Origin: Octopus vulgaris
Lineage: Eukaryota
Length of the DNA stretch: 64,000 nt
NCBI GenBank assembly: GCA_951406725.2
Contig: OX597822.1
Span: forward strand, 35,030,001 to 35,094,000
Reading direction: 5' to 3'
Made by a program: the position numbers and the translations under genes. Shown here one piece after another: positions 11,717-24,902 of this stretch. The notes beneath the pieces are model-generated. The model was given only the letters and a program-made list of their open reading frames with translations. It ran no database searches and was not told the origin of the DNA. Each line of letters begins with the position of its first letter. Position 1 is the first letter of the stretch.

Positions 11717-12189
11717 CAAGAAATAATATTTGTCTCATCTAATAGAAACAAAATGTTTTATAGGAGTGCTCAAATATAAAGAGACGAAGATAAAGAAGCA
11801 TTGATTATAGAACAAGCATTAAATTTGAGTCAACGACTTTACATACAACACCACCCCTCAAACATTTAATAATATATAAAAATCACCAAGGTTCACAAAC
11901 ACACAAATATAATTCATATAAATAAAATCACAGAAAGTAAAAGTATATAATCGAATAAAACACAAACAGAACGGCCTTTCAAAAATGTTAAATATAAACT
12001 ACTAAAAACTCAAAACATACCAAACAAAATCCCAATAAACAATTATAAAATAAGGAAAAATATCGATAAAATATATATCCACCGACTAAAAAAGTTTTAT
12101 TAGATGATTAAAATATATTTTTTTTATTTGATTTTTAAATATTTGAAAAAAGTCTTACGTTCTCATGTTTGCTAATTTTTTCTTGAGAG

Positions 12190-12320
12190 CATTTCTTAGT
12201 GGTAAGACCATAGCGGATCTACTTCTAGCATAAGTGTTGCCCACATAGTGGCCATCCCTCTCATTTGTATATAATACAGTGTAATGAACCTTCAGATATT
12301 ATATGCTAGACCAATGGTCT
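12190..12320. repeat. Dispersed repeat homologous to 21019-21245
   Basis: TTTCTTAGTGGTAAGACCATAG...CTTCTAGCATAA...TAGTGGCCATCCC matches the reverse complement of 21024-21092; CTTCAGAT..TATATGCTAGACCAATG is shared with 21213-21242. Confidence 0.7.
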
Positions 12321-13859
12321 TAAATTGATGTTAACTTAATTTAATTAATATCCAATTTCTCACCCTCATTTTAAATCTAAATTAATATGTTCTCTAACCG
12401 GCAAAAGCCTCTGCAGTAAATAATTTTCTGCACTGTTATTTTCCGGTAATTTAGCGCGCCAAAACGAAGACTTTTGAAAACAACCGCAAGTGTAATAGGT
12501 AGAACTAGACACAAATCTGCCCTCCTGCTGACGTCTCCGTATATAGTTCTGCAAATTATATTTGTATCGGCGGTCATACTGAGGATCTACGGAAATATGA
12601 AACATTATAATATGATATGATTATATTATAAAAATATGTTATATAAAATAATATAATATAATATAACAATTAGATAATGTAACAAATATATATCGTACAA
12701 TGTATTTCGATTCACATCCACTATTGAATTTATAAAAATTCCACAATTAAGTATATGTTTCTTGTCGGGGGTAGTATTTGTCTAACAAATAGACAAAAAT
12801 ATCATGCAAGGACTGCATTATTACATTATACTGTATTGTATTATATTACATTATATTATATTATAATGTTAATAGATTTATATGTCACTTCTATTTCTCT
12901 ATTTCTTTTAATATTTAAACATACACACACACACATATATATATATATACCTGTACGAGATGTTTTGGTATCCAGAAGACCCAGAAGGCTGGTAAGGCTA
13001 TGTAATTACCACGGGAGGACCGCTGTTAAGCTCCCACTTCAATATTATTATGATCCAGTAGTCTGAAGCAGGGCGTGTGTGATCGTGTATATGTCAAATA
13101 AAATATCACGGCCAAAGGCAATTGTTATTTTATTATATATATATACGAATCTCTGGATACCTTACGGTGGTAAAGGGCGATCTTTCGTTCTCTCACATAT
13201 ACACACATTGCGACAGACAGACAAACAAACAGATCGACAGACGCGTTATATAAGATAAAATGATGAAAAGATAGAAAAAACAACATATGTTTACTAAAAA
13301 ATAAAAATCAAAGGAAATAGTTGTTTTAAAACTATTTGCTACATTTTTTTAGGTGTATGTCATATTTGGATTTAAAATGGCTTTAACACATTAATAATTA
13401 TTGTTTTTTCATTGTTGCTTATGAAATTCTAAAAATGCTTTAATCTTTTAAATGTATATTTAATTTTGTTCGCTAAGAATATTTGTAGAACTGTCAGGGT
13501 ATTAAAGCAAAATGCGTGTTGGTTAGCATTAAAAGAGTCCGTTGACAGCTTTAGCTGTTATTATTGATCTTATGGCAAACGTAATGATGTCGTTATGTAA
13601 CTTTTATGTCGTTTTCTTATGGGAATAATGATAATAATTAAACGCGTAGTTAATACGCATATTAAACTTATAAATTGATGGAAGCATTAGGTCAAAATTT
13701 TCACGCTCGACAATGAAAGCTATATATTCTACTCAACGATTTAGTCTGTCTAGTAATACAAAATCTGTGCATCTATGGGTGGGTTCTTTAAAAATATATG
13801 CACCGCTGGTCACAGTGCGCTTCGAATTAGTTTATCTATTGCACCTTCTTTTCTTTTGG

Positions 13860-14120
13860 CACGGACCGTTATCCCATCGTCGTGAAGGCCTCCCAAATGG
13901 CTTTTTTCCGATCTTGCAGATACCACCGGGCAAGTCCACGTATCCATCTGTTGTCTCTGAAATTTTGACATGCCTGACCCAGCAGAACTTCCGCTTTCAT
14001 CTTTCTCTGTTCACGTCTTTCACTCCGGTCCGTTCTCGAATTACTTCATTTCGAATATGTTCTCACTATGATACTTTTAGCATTGATATTTCCGCGACAC
14101 TTTGCGCAGTATGAGTGCGC
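13860..14120 (-). pseudogene. Degenerate RTE-clade LINE ORF C-terminal fragment
   Basis: Minus translation HIRNEVIRERTGVKD..KFCWVRHV..NRWIRGLARWY..GRPSRRWD, with stops and frameshifts. Confidence 0.78.
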
Positions 14121-14257
14121 AGGTTGGACGGTGCCATTACAGAAACAGGTATGTCAGATCATGTCCAGCTTTTATTCATGCACAGCTTTTATCAATGTAC
14201 ACGGCTTCGACCCTGCCTTACATACATACACAAGTGTATATATATATATATATATAT

Positions 14258-14340
<83 letters not shown>

Positions 14341-14813
14341 TAGATATGTATATACATATATAAACATATATGTACATACAAAAATATATGTGTGTATGTA
14401 TGTGTTTATGCATATGCTATATATAAACTTTGTTCATGTTGTGACGAATGTTTGTTTCGAATCGAAAAAAAGGTTGAGAGGCTCTGGTGTAGAGAGTTAT
14501 TTTCAATGCTTTAATCTAGAAACATCAAGGTGATAAATTTCGACCAAAACAGTAAACAGGGATAATTGGTATAGACTTATTCAGATCTGTATACAAAAAT
14601 GGGCTTATTATTATTTAGAATAAAACTTTCAGTTCATTAAAACTGTAATATCCATATAATAAGTGCCAAGCAATAAAAATAATAACAAAAATTTAATTTC
14701 ATTGGCATTGGAATTATGCTTAAGGTGCTAAACTGAAACCCAATGCTTTTACAAGATTGCTTATGTGGCCATCTGATATTCAGTAATATTTCATTAAAAT
14801 AAAAGCCTATAAA

Positions 14814-14997
14814 AGGCGCAAGAGTGGCTGTGTGGTAAGTAGCTTGCTAACCAAGCACATGGTTCCGGGTTCAGTCCCACTGCGTGGCATCTTGGGCAAG
14901 TGTCTTCTGCTATAGCGCCGGGCCGACCAATGCCTTGTGAGTGGATTTGGTAGACGGAAACTGAAAGAAGCCTGTCGTCTATATATATATATATATC

Positions 14998-15081
<84 letters not shown>

Positions 15082-15280
15082 TGTGTCTGTGTTTGTCCAC
15101 CTAGCATTGCTTGACAACCGATGCTGGTGTGTTTACGTCCCCGTCACTTAGTGGTTCGGCAAAAGAGACCGATAGACTAAGTACTGGGCTTACAAAGAAT
15201 AAGTCCCGGGGTCTATTTGCTCGATTAAAGGCGGTGGTCCAGCATGGTCACAGTCAAATTACTGAAAAGAGTAAAATAGT
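14814..15280 (+). mobile_element. SINE family B, full length
   Basis: A box TGGCTGTGTGG, B box GGTTCAGTCCC, internal (TA)n(TG)n, conserved 3' body and GAGTAAAA tail. Confidence 0.9.
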
Positions 15281-15761
15281 AGAGTATAATTTGACAAAAA
15301 TCCATCAGATTTGAACCCACTCTTATAATCTATACACCCAATCCTAAGACTAGATTTTCACAACTATCTATTGAAGTGAAGTACAGTAACTGAAACTCAA
15401 AACCAGAAAATTCTTAGAATATATTCCTAAATGTTTACTTGGAACCGAGTTTTAATGAGAAACTGATCTCTATCTCTGCAACATTTTATGTTCTTCTGTT
15501 ATGAATTTTGCAATATCCATCCCTATTTTTGAACTTCATATTTCTACTACTAAAATGAAGTTATCGTTTATGGACTGTATACTTCAGCAAATAAAACAGT
15601 AATGTAATTATGAAAATTATATGGCTCTTGTTTTCTGCCTCTAGCTCTTATAACCACATAAAAGTTTAAGAAATGAATATTTATTAGGTTATCCGTCCTT
15701 TACACCATCATCATTAAATGAATACTTTACTATCTACTTTTTTTACAACCACATTATGATA

Positions 15762-15910
15762 GTTATTGGTTTCAAAATCTAGAATAAGGCCAATGGTTTT
15801 GGTTGAGGGGCTAGGTCGACTAAATCGACACCAGTGTTCAACTGATACTTATTTTGTCGACCCCAAAAGAATGAAAAGCAAAGTCGGCCCCGGGGAAATT
15901 AGAACTCATA
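15762..15910 (-). mobile_element. SINE family A, degenerate
   Basis: GTCGACTAAATCGAC..CAACTGATACTTATTTTGTCGACCCC..ATGAAAAGCAAAGTCG matches the reverse complement of the family A body. Confidence 0.7.
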
Positions 15911-17549
15911 GCTTAATTAAACTAAGCAACCAAGAGCCCTAATGTCATTGCCTTCGAATGTTTCGAAACCGATTTTAAAATAACAGCAATTCTACGCTAC
16001 TTCACCAAGAAGATTACTTGTGTGATGCACGTGAGTTTTGTCGGCTATTGAAAGTAGTAAGTCCATACTCTCTGGAAAGAAGAAGGGATATATATTTTTT
16101 ATCGTTTGCTTGTTTCAGTCATTGGAATGTAGCCATACTGCAGCACCGCCATAGAATTTTTCATCTAAAATATCAAGTCCAATACTGATTTTTCATGTAT
16201 GGTATGTATTCTACTAGTGTCTTAAACCTGACTTTGAGATAACTGGGACATAAAAAAAACCCCAGCAACATCTAGTAAGCGGGGTGGAGACCAACACAGG
16301 AGCACAGCGATACACACCTATTGATATGTACATATGTGCGTGTGTGTATATGTGTATGTGTGTGCATGTATGTGCATATGCTAGTGTGTGTATGCGTATA
16401 CACACACACATATGTATTTGTGTATGTTTATATCCACGAAAGGGACGCTACTTCATAGTGCCAAAACCCTTCTTTGTCCATCACGATGTAGGGCAATGCC
16501 AGAAACTAAGTATTTAAATGTCGATTTAGACACATTCAAACAATACAGGGACATCCTAGTGTCTGAGGTCCCACATGAATCTACCGACAACAACATACAC
16601 ATTTGAGTGTATCAGTCGTATAAGTCTACCTCAGTGAGCAAGAGAATGACCATTATAGTAACATTTATGGTGGTTCACCCGAAACATAATAGCCGCAGCC
16701 GACAGTATGTAATGTGGATAATTGAAATGTTTGATGGACGTAAGCTTGTGGATAAGGTGCTGAGTAAGAAGAATTGTTAGCTCGACGAACAAAATGCTCA
16801 GTGGCTTTTCTTGCGGTTCTTTAAGTTCTGGGTTCATATCCTACCGGGAAGGAATTAATAAAATACTAATAAAATATTGGTAATCAATTTGTACCTTTGC
16901 TTTCAAAAATTACAAGGAACCAGCGTACAGTTCAGGGGAATGTTGTGAGCGCGGTCACTTAAACACCATAGAAGCTGGACAACAAGGAATGTGAGTATTC
17001 AAGCTCGAATAAAACAGATAGAAAATATGTGGATGTTAGAGTTACTTGCTTAGAGTTCAGTCAATGGACAACCGTGTCTGTTCTTTCTTATGCCCCAAAA
17101 TTGGTGCTTACAATATTACAATTAAGGTTAATGTCCATGTAATTTGTTTCCACTTTCTCCACATGTACCTGGTAACCTGACGTTCACTTTAGAAAACACT
17201 CTGGTAACAACATTCAGAAATAATCTTCGTATCTCTGAGAAAAACACATATTTTAATGTATATTTCCCATTAATTCTTTCTTTTTTGAGAGAATATATCT
17301 CGGAAGATCCTGCAATTGATTATCATAAATTTGTGTTAAAATCACCATAATTGATTTTTTTCCCTTTACTTTCACGTGCGAAATATACAATTAAAGCTAA
17401 TGATATAACAATATCAGAGAAAAAAGTATTTAATAAACATATTTAATAAATTGGTAAATGGAAATTTCAAATACAGACACACACACATACGCAAATGCAC
17501 ACACACGCTCATACATACAGGCGTATATATATGCTCGCGCGTGTACATG

Positions 17550-17551
17550 TA

Positions 17552-17593
<42 letters not shown>

Positions 17594-17744
17594 TGTATGT
17601 ATGTATTATATACGTATATATATATATATATATATATGTGTGTATATATATATATATGCATGTATGTATGTATTATATACGTATATATATATATGTGTGT
17701 ATATATATATATATGCATGTATGTATTATATACGTATATATATA

Positions 17745-17780
<36 letters not shown>
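17550..17780. repeat. Higher-order microsatellite repeat
   Basis: Three tandem copies of ATGCATGTATG..TATTATATACGTATAT separated by (TA)n(TG)n. Confidence 0.85.
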
Positions 17781-17783
<3 letters not shown>

Positions 17784-18524
17784 CATGACAACCACACACA
17801 CTTGACAAACAGACGCCATCTGACCAAATACTACAGGCACACAGACACATCTATTCACACACACGCAGAGAGACACACATATTCACCTCATCCTAACCCC
17901 AAAATCATTGATGCTTGAAGGAAAGCCAAAAAAAGAAAAGAACGGGACATCTTTTTCAATTCTATATTTCTGCTAAAACGGACAAGTCAGTAAACAAGCT
18001 CGCCTTGAATTCATAATATTCTGTACTGACCCGGAGATGTATAATATATTTGTTTTAATCTTTTCTGCCCATTTTTTCAAATATTCTCATCATATTGTTG
18101 TACTTTCTTATGTCCTTAACATGTCCTTGTTACCAAAGACTGTATATATACATGTAATGTGGCAATTATGTAAAAAACTTTTTTGAATTCATAATATTCT
18201 ATGTTACTTTTGACAATCTTTTTCCAAAGAGTGAAACCGGTTAAGTAAATAAACATCTTTTAAATTGCATTTTCAAACCTTCTTTCGTATATATATATAT
18301 ATATAACAATCTTACTTAGAAATGAATGCGTGCGTTCAGTCATATATAAATAAATAAATAAAACATATGCATATATACATACATATATGTACGTACCTAC
18401 CTCTACATGTATATATACATGCATATACGGGTACAGGACACCCAAAAAAACGTCGAACACAATGAGAAACGAAAACATAAACACAAAACCGAAGAAATGG
18501 ACATTTTTTTAAACAACGAAAAAA

Positions 18525-18588
<64 letters not shown>

Positions 18589-18719
18589 ACATATATATGC
18601 ATATATATATATATATACATAACCTAATTATCATTATGAAACGCAAAATGCACTAGTTCCACGCTGGAATTGAATAATTTCAACTTACCATTTATAATGT
18701 CATTGAGGAAAGTAGGAAC

Positions 18720-18920
18720 CCAGCTGAATACACGTCATTGGTTGAAATTACCGAAATAGGACTACTTTAACGTGAAATTACTTCGTAAATATAAGTTTTT
18801 CTCAAAAATGCTAAGAATAAAATATGTTTTATATGACACATTCTACCAGTATCCGAAGTTTGAAAGTGTTTAGTTACAAAAAATAATTTTTTTAATCTGT
18901 AGGTCAAAAGGTAAAGATCC
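18720..18920. mobile_element. Solo arm of the long-TIR element family seen at 23553-24461
   Basis: CAGCTGAATACACGTCATTGGTTGAAATTACCGAAATA...CCAGTATCCGAA..AAAGTGTTTAGTTACAAAA..AAGATCC matches 24257-24461. Confidence 0.85.
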
Positions 18921-19499
18921 AGAACTTTTACTCAAGAAACGGCTATAAATTTAATCAGAGAGAACGCTAATAAGTTTTTAATTAGAAGTAATAAACATAA
19001 CTGATACTCACTTCTGGATGAAAATCAGTTTTCTTTTCCCGTCATAATGGTCATATCATTGATTTTCTTACATCTAGCTTAAATACATACGGGTACTTAA
19101 CAACATGAAAAATTCAGGACACCTTAAATTTACTGAAAGTTTAATGTTAAAGCGAAGAATATATTTTGGGATTGAAATTCTATGATATTTTATTTGTATA
19201 TTAATAGCGAAGGAAGAACGTTGGACAGTTTTCCTCTTTCCGAAGGTGTTTTAGCTTTAAGTATTATAGAATGTTTTTTTATGCAGGAGTAAAAATTACG
19301 TGGAAGATTAACTCAGAATAGGTACTAGCTTAAGACACGCATCACATATAACTGTCTTAAATGAAACATGCTTGGACTGTCATGATGAAGATAAGATTTT
19401 ACAAGAAGGATGATAATACATTTCCCCAGATAGTTTGACTATTTATTTCAACAGAACCCTGATTTGGTATTGTTTTACTAGCTTTGTATTATTTAACAT

Positions 19500-20060
19500 A
19501 TCCATATGTTCATACAGTATTTGTACAAAAAAAAAATTCTTGAGTCTCTTAATAAACAAATTAAGTACAGCCTTCACTGCGTAAATTTTGTTGCAAAATC
19601 TGATTTAGCAAACAAGAAAAGGAATAAATTCTTCTGGCATACAATATTGTATATTTCTACCGCATTTGACTTCACAATGCTATATTCGGTGAATTACGAA
19701 AGATTGAATTATAAGGCACAAAAAGAAAATGACTCTCTCCAGACACAACTCAATTGGCAGAGTTGTGCGGAAACTAAGAATGAAGCCACTGAATTTATAA
19801 CTTTAAAATCTAATACCTAACACAAGGAATTTCATTTCAAACAATAACAACGTTGGGAAAATCCATGTATATACTCAGCGTGGCAAATTATAAATATATC
19901 AGTGAAACAAGTTCTGATTATCATCGAGGATTTATTTTCAGAAAGCGATACGTAGATGATTCTTACATTTCTTTCTCCATACAGCACAATCGATATGTAG
20001 GGTTCCATGATGCCGGTCTAAACTTCTATATAGACATTGTACCCAGAAACTTAACAGTTC
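19500..20060 (+). pseudogene. Highly degenerate Penelope-like reverse transcriptase fragment
   Basis: Motif-A-like AFDFTMLYS (ORF 19506) and motif-C-like FRKRYVDDSYI (ORF 19853) in the correct order, split by a frame change. Confidence 0.45.
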
Positions 20061-20935
20061 GCTTTTTACAGTTTTTCTTTTGCTTAAAGCAAGCGGATAT
20101 CGATTCAGTTTATGTAGCAATATTGTTTGGTATATTACATGCTACTCCGTTAAGCATTTTAATTTTTTTGGCCCATGAATGCTTACCAGTTCTATCTTTG
20201 ACGTTACATGCTTAGATTCTAGTTCTGCATGATATCACTAAATTTCCTTTAGCTTTCAATACAAAACTTCAGATTTATTTCCTTTATATTGCCTACACAG
20301 TAAGTGATCCTGGAATGACTCGGACATGTGCACTACCGTACAATCGTAAATCAAGAGAGAAATAAGAAGTCTCTGTAACTGTGGTTCTTAACCATCTCCA
20401 AATAAACTACCCAATAAATGTTTGGCTTTTGTCTTCCTTAGCTAGGGAAAGAGATGAGAGAAACTACAAGAAAAATACCATTCAAAGATATATCCATCTC
20501 CACAACACATAATCTCCAAAGCTATTAGCTAATTTAATCAGCAAATTATTCTGTTGCAGCTTTTATTTTCTTATTTGGTTTTAGATAGATCGTTATAGCA
20601 GCCGTATTTATTCCCCAAAGTGACTGCAATTGTATCGAGTGATATTTAACGAATCGCTAAGTTATCTGATGGAGAAAACATCAGTTTTGTACAAGTAAAC
20701 ATCTAAACGCAAAACACGGATATAATAAACAAACTTACATATAAATATATATGTACATACACAAATATATGTATATGAATAATTTATATGTGTATGTGCG
20801 TATACAAATATGTGTCTATGTGTATGTATGTATGTATATATGTATATATATATATGTATATATATATATGTATATATATATATGTATATATATATATATC
20901 TATGCATGTGTATGTATATATATATATATATATGC

Positions 20936-20975
<40 letters not shown>

Positions 20976-21018
20976 ACATACACACACACACACATATGTA
21001 CGTATATATGTATATACA

Positions 21019-21149
21019 TATAAGGGGGCTGACCACTAAGTGGACATCCATTATGCTATAAGTCGACCCCCTATGGTCTTACCTCTAAGAAAGGAATGGG
21101 GTCGACTTCTACCACAAAGGATGTCCTCCTAGTGGTCATCCTTCTTATA
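21019..21149. repeat. Imperfect fold-back (~50-bp arms, 27-nt spacer)
   Basis: GACCACTAAGTGGACATCC..AAGTCGACCCC versus GGGGTCGACTT..GGATGTCCTCCTAGTGGTC; adjacent to a TA/CA tract. Confidence 0.8.
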
Positions 21150-21284
21150 TAATGTTTCTTATATTATATAATTCTTATATAATTCTTCTTATATAATATA
21201 ATTTTTCTGAATCTTCAGATTTTTCTATATGCTAGACCAATGAATTTAATTTTTTCCCCTTATTATTTTAAATTTGTATATATA

Positions 21285-21650
21285 GGCGTCCCTGTCGTCT
21301 CAACATCTTCCCAGCCGAACTCTCACCCCTTCGACCTCTCCAACGCCGCACTGACATCATTATAAATCCGGCCAACAAGGGTGGAGCCGTAGTGGTAATG
21401 TGCGCGGACCTCTACAAGGCCGAAGCTCTCCGCGAACTTCAAGACACCGCCTTCTACTGCCCTCTGCCCTCTGACCCCTCACCCAGCTACCAACAGACTG
21501 TGTCCTCCAATATCCATGACCTCATCTCCTCTTCCCGTCTCCCCTAAGCCGCTTCCGACCTCATTGTCCGCACCCCCGCATCCTTCCATTTACGTCCTCT
21601 CCCAAATCCACAAACCTAACAACCCTAGCCGCCCCATCGTCTCCACCTGT
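21285..21650 (+). pseudogene. Penelope-like retroelement RT N-terminal fragment
   Basis: C-rich island translating RTDIIINPANKGGAVVV..LYKAEALRELQDTAFY..IHKPNNPSRPIVSTC (PLE hallmarks KPADKG and PKIHK..RPIVS); one stop and a frameshift. Confidence 0.9.
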
Positions 21651-22917
21651 ATTTTTCAACACGAACCTATAGGAGAGATATAACTCACAGTAACTCAGTG
21701 GGATCGAACCATGAACAAGGATTTTATTAAGAGAATATCTTAACGAGACGACTGTGTGAGCCTAATTATCTTTTCTTGAATACTAATGGAGTTTTCATAG
21801 TCTTGGGGGCGGGTTTGTGGCATTTGATGCGATCTGAGAATCTCGTCTCATTGTGAAGTAAGAGGAAAAAAATACGAAACAAAACAAGATGACACCCACA
21901 CGAATTAAATTATTAAAATCTCTAAATATAAATCAGTTCTTATCTTCAATGAAGTTTATTTTAATTCCATTATCTGTCACTGCGTATCTTCTGTATCTAC
22001 GATTTTGAAGACTTGCGGTGTACTCATCACATCAATACGCCGATTAAATTATTGGAAGTTTTAACCACTGTGAGGTTTCTACGTGGATATAATTTACATT
22101 AAGAGATAAGGATGGAAAATACATGTCTCTGGATGGAAAGAAAATAAAAAAAATCTTTCAGTGTGGGCGGTTGAACTGAATAATAGATTTTCTTGTAATG
22201 AGGATTTATTTTTTGCGCTTATCGTCATTCTGTGTTCTGTAATCCTAATTGAGATTAAGTATTTCCAAAGCTGTTGAAAATATAATCTACCATACATTCT
22301 CAATTCTTTCTTTTTGTTTAGAAATAGAATATTTTCGTATAGAAATAGCCACTGCAACACAGATAACACCATGTTCTTTATATTCCTCATATATTTGCTC
22401 CTATTTATATCCAGGTTTCCACTATTGTTTACAAATATTCTTGAAATTGGTACAAACAGGCAACTCTTCATTATAAAGAAATGGAGTAACTCGTAACGAT
22501 CAAGTTTCAAGTGGTTACTTAATCACCTTCAGCATATATTAAGTTTTATACTCACACGATATCGTTACGTGAAATATAAATTCATGTCATACTCAAAGTC
22601 AGTCTACATCTGAATAATTTATGTGTGTGTGTGTCTGTGTGTGTGCAATATATGTACGTCTATAGGAATGAATACGAAAAATAATACATCTGAACATTTA
22701 TTTTTTTTTACAGGTGAAATCTTTTCGACGTACGTTTCGATATACACTCGCTAAACTATTTATAATCCAATGAAGCGAACCCAGTATTTACCCGTCAAAT
22801 GAAACACATTGAGACTGGCTTACCTCAAATAACCCTGGGTGTTCCTTACTACTCAATATGGTTGAAACCATATGGATATAATTTACACATTACTAACTCT
22901 CTCTTTCTCTCTGTATG

Positions 22918-22951
<34 letters not shown>

Positions 22952-22959
22952 ATCAGTGA

Positions 22960-23115
22960 AAGGGGGAAAGAGAGAGGAGGAGGAAGAAGAGAGAGTGGAG
23001 GAGGAGGAGGAGGAGGAGGAGAGAGCGGGGGGAGGAGAGAGGAGGAGGGGGAAGGAGAGAGGAGGAGGGGAAGGAGAGAGGTGGAGGAGGAGGAGGAGAG
23101 AGGGGAGGAGAGAAA
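22960..23115 (+). repeat. Polypurine (GGA/GA) tract
   Basis: ~155 bp of almost only G and A on the plus strand. Confidence 0.9.
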
Positions 23116-23552
23116 GTAAAAACAGTAAAAGGCAGAACAATGAGAACAAAACCGTAAAAACAAACGATGAGGGCTTTTGTATATATATATATATATATAT
23201 TGACAGAGAGAGCTGCATACGTAAATAGTATGGTAGTTTCTCGGGTCCATGAACGACGGTACTGCAATTTCTTATCGAAAAACGTGCACAGAAGATTTGT
23301 TTATAGTGATCAAACGTTTATGCCCAACATTAGCTCACTCGCACCATCAAATAAAAATTATCTGAACAGATGCACGGATTGCTACACTTCAGTTGTCGAA
23401 GTGCACGCAGAGCAACGTGAGGTGAAATGTTTTGGTTAAGAATGCAACGCACCTCTCGATTCGGGAATCAAACCCTCGTGTCACGATCGTCGCCGTAACC
23501 CCCTAATACGTAAATTCTTTGTAGTCACTTTCGAATTATAATTTGACATTAA

Positions 23553-24461
23553 GGATCTTTTCACGTTCATCGGCAGATCAATGAATTAATTTTTGTAACT
23601 AAGCACTTTGAAACTTCGGATACTGTTAGAATGTGCCATACAGACCATCTTTTACTCTTAGCGTTGTTGAGAAAAGTTTCTATTTTCGATGTTATTTCGT
23701 GTTGAAGTTCTCGTATTTCGGTAATTTCAACCAATCAATGACGTGTATTCAGCTGAATAAAATTACTGCTGTTGTTTGTCAACAACTATGGGCGGTGTAT
23801 TTTTCGTTTAACACTGTTATTTATGATATCGTTCGTGCATTTGTACTGGTTTTAGCATTAGGGTTAGGGTTAGAGTTGGGGTTAGTGTTGGGGCTTAGAG
23901 TTACGGAAAAAAGTGGAAAATGAAGAAATTGGTGTGGGCGGGGAAAAAATTTCAAAATTTCGATTTTTGGCAATTCCCCGGGAATTATGTATCTGAAAAG
24001 CTGGGTTTTTGGCAATAATTTGCGAGAAGACGGTGGGTGTAGGAATACTTTCCGAAAGTAGTAGCTGAAAAACGGAAAAAAACAAAAGGCAGTAGAAATG
24101 CACGAACGATTATGGTGGTGTCATGAAGTAAACATGCTTCAGATGCACTCGTTTATTCATACAAACGTAAATGAGATGAAATATGTCATAAATTACAGTG
24201 ACAAACGAAATATACACCGCCGGAAGTTGTTGACAAACAACAGCAGCAATTTTATTCAGCTGAATACACGTCATTGATTGGTTGAAATTACCGAAATACG
24301 CCATTTTTAACACGAAATGACTTCGAAAATAGAAGATTTTCTGAACAACGCTAAGAGTAAAAGATGTTCTGTATTGACACACTCTACCAGTATCCGAACA
24401 TTCAAAGTGTTTAGTTACAAAAAGTTAATTTCTCGATCTGCCGATGAAAGGGAGAAGATCC
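23553..24461. mobile_element. Non-autonomous DNA transposon with ~280-bp TIRs, Merlin-like
   Basis: Termini GGATCT...AGATCC; arms 23553-23830 and 24183-24461 are reverse complements; 8-bp TSD GACATTAA/GACATTAC; internal TTAGGG-like repeats. Confidence 0.85.
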
Positions 24462-24691
24462 GACATTACTTACAGAAAATATGTTGAAAGGTTTTTTTCT
24501 GGCAAGTTGAACTTCTAATTTCACACTCCCTAATAAACTAGTTACGCTACCCTTTATCTTCTTTCGTCAACTTCCTGACGTAGCACTTCTAACTGGGCCA
24601 AAACCTTCCTCACCTTTGCTTATGCCTACCCCACGTTTTCCAGAGAGAACGATCCGGGACTCTGCCTCTCTGCGCATGTTATGCTTATATA

Positions 24692-24902
24692 GATTTCAAA
24701 TTTTGACTCAAGACCAGCAATTTTGGGGAGGGGATAAGTCGATTACATCGACCTCAGTGCACAACTGGTATTATTTTATTAATCCCTAAATGATGAAAGG
24801 TAAAGTCGACCTCAGCGGAATTTGAATTCGGAACGTAATGACGGACGAAATGCCGCTAAGCATTTTGCCTGGTGTGCTAACAATTCTGACAACTCACCAT
24901 CT
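24692..24902 (-). mobile_element. SINE family A monomer
   Basis: Reverse complement of the head (CGAAATGCCGCTAAGCATTT, GGAATTTGAA) and body. Confidence 0.85.

Noticed and set aside
21200-21225. Minus-strand CTGAAGA-TTCA-GAAA near the fold-back
   Set aside because: Stem II absent; at best a deleted remnant, cannot be supported.
22799-23267. Gly/Glu/Arg-rich and Pro/Ser-rich ORFs
   Set aside because: Products of the GGA polypurine tract and adjacent TA repeats.
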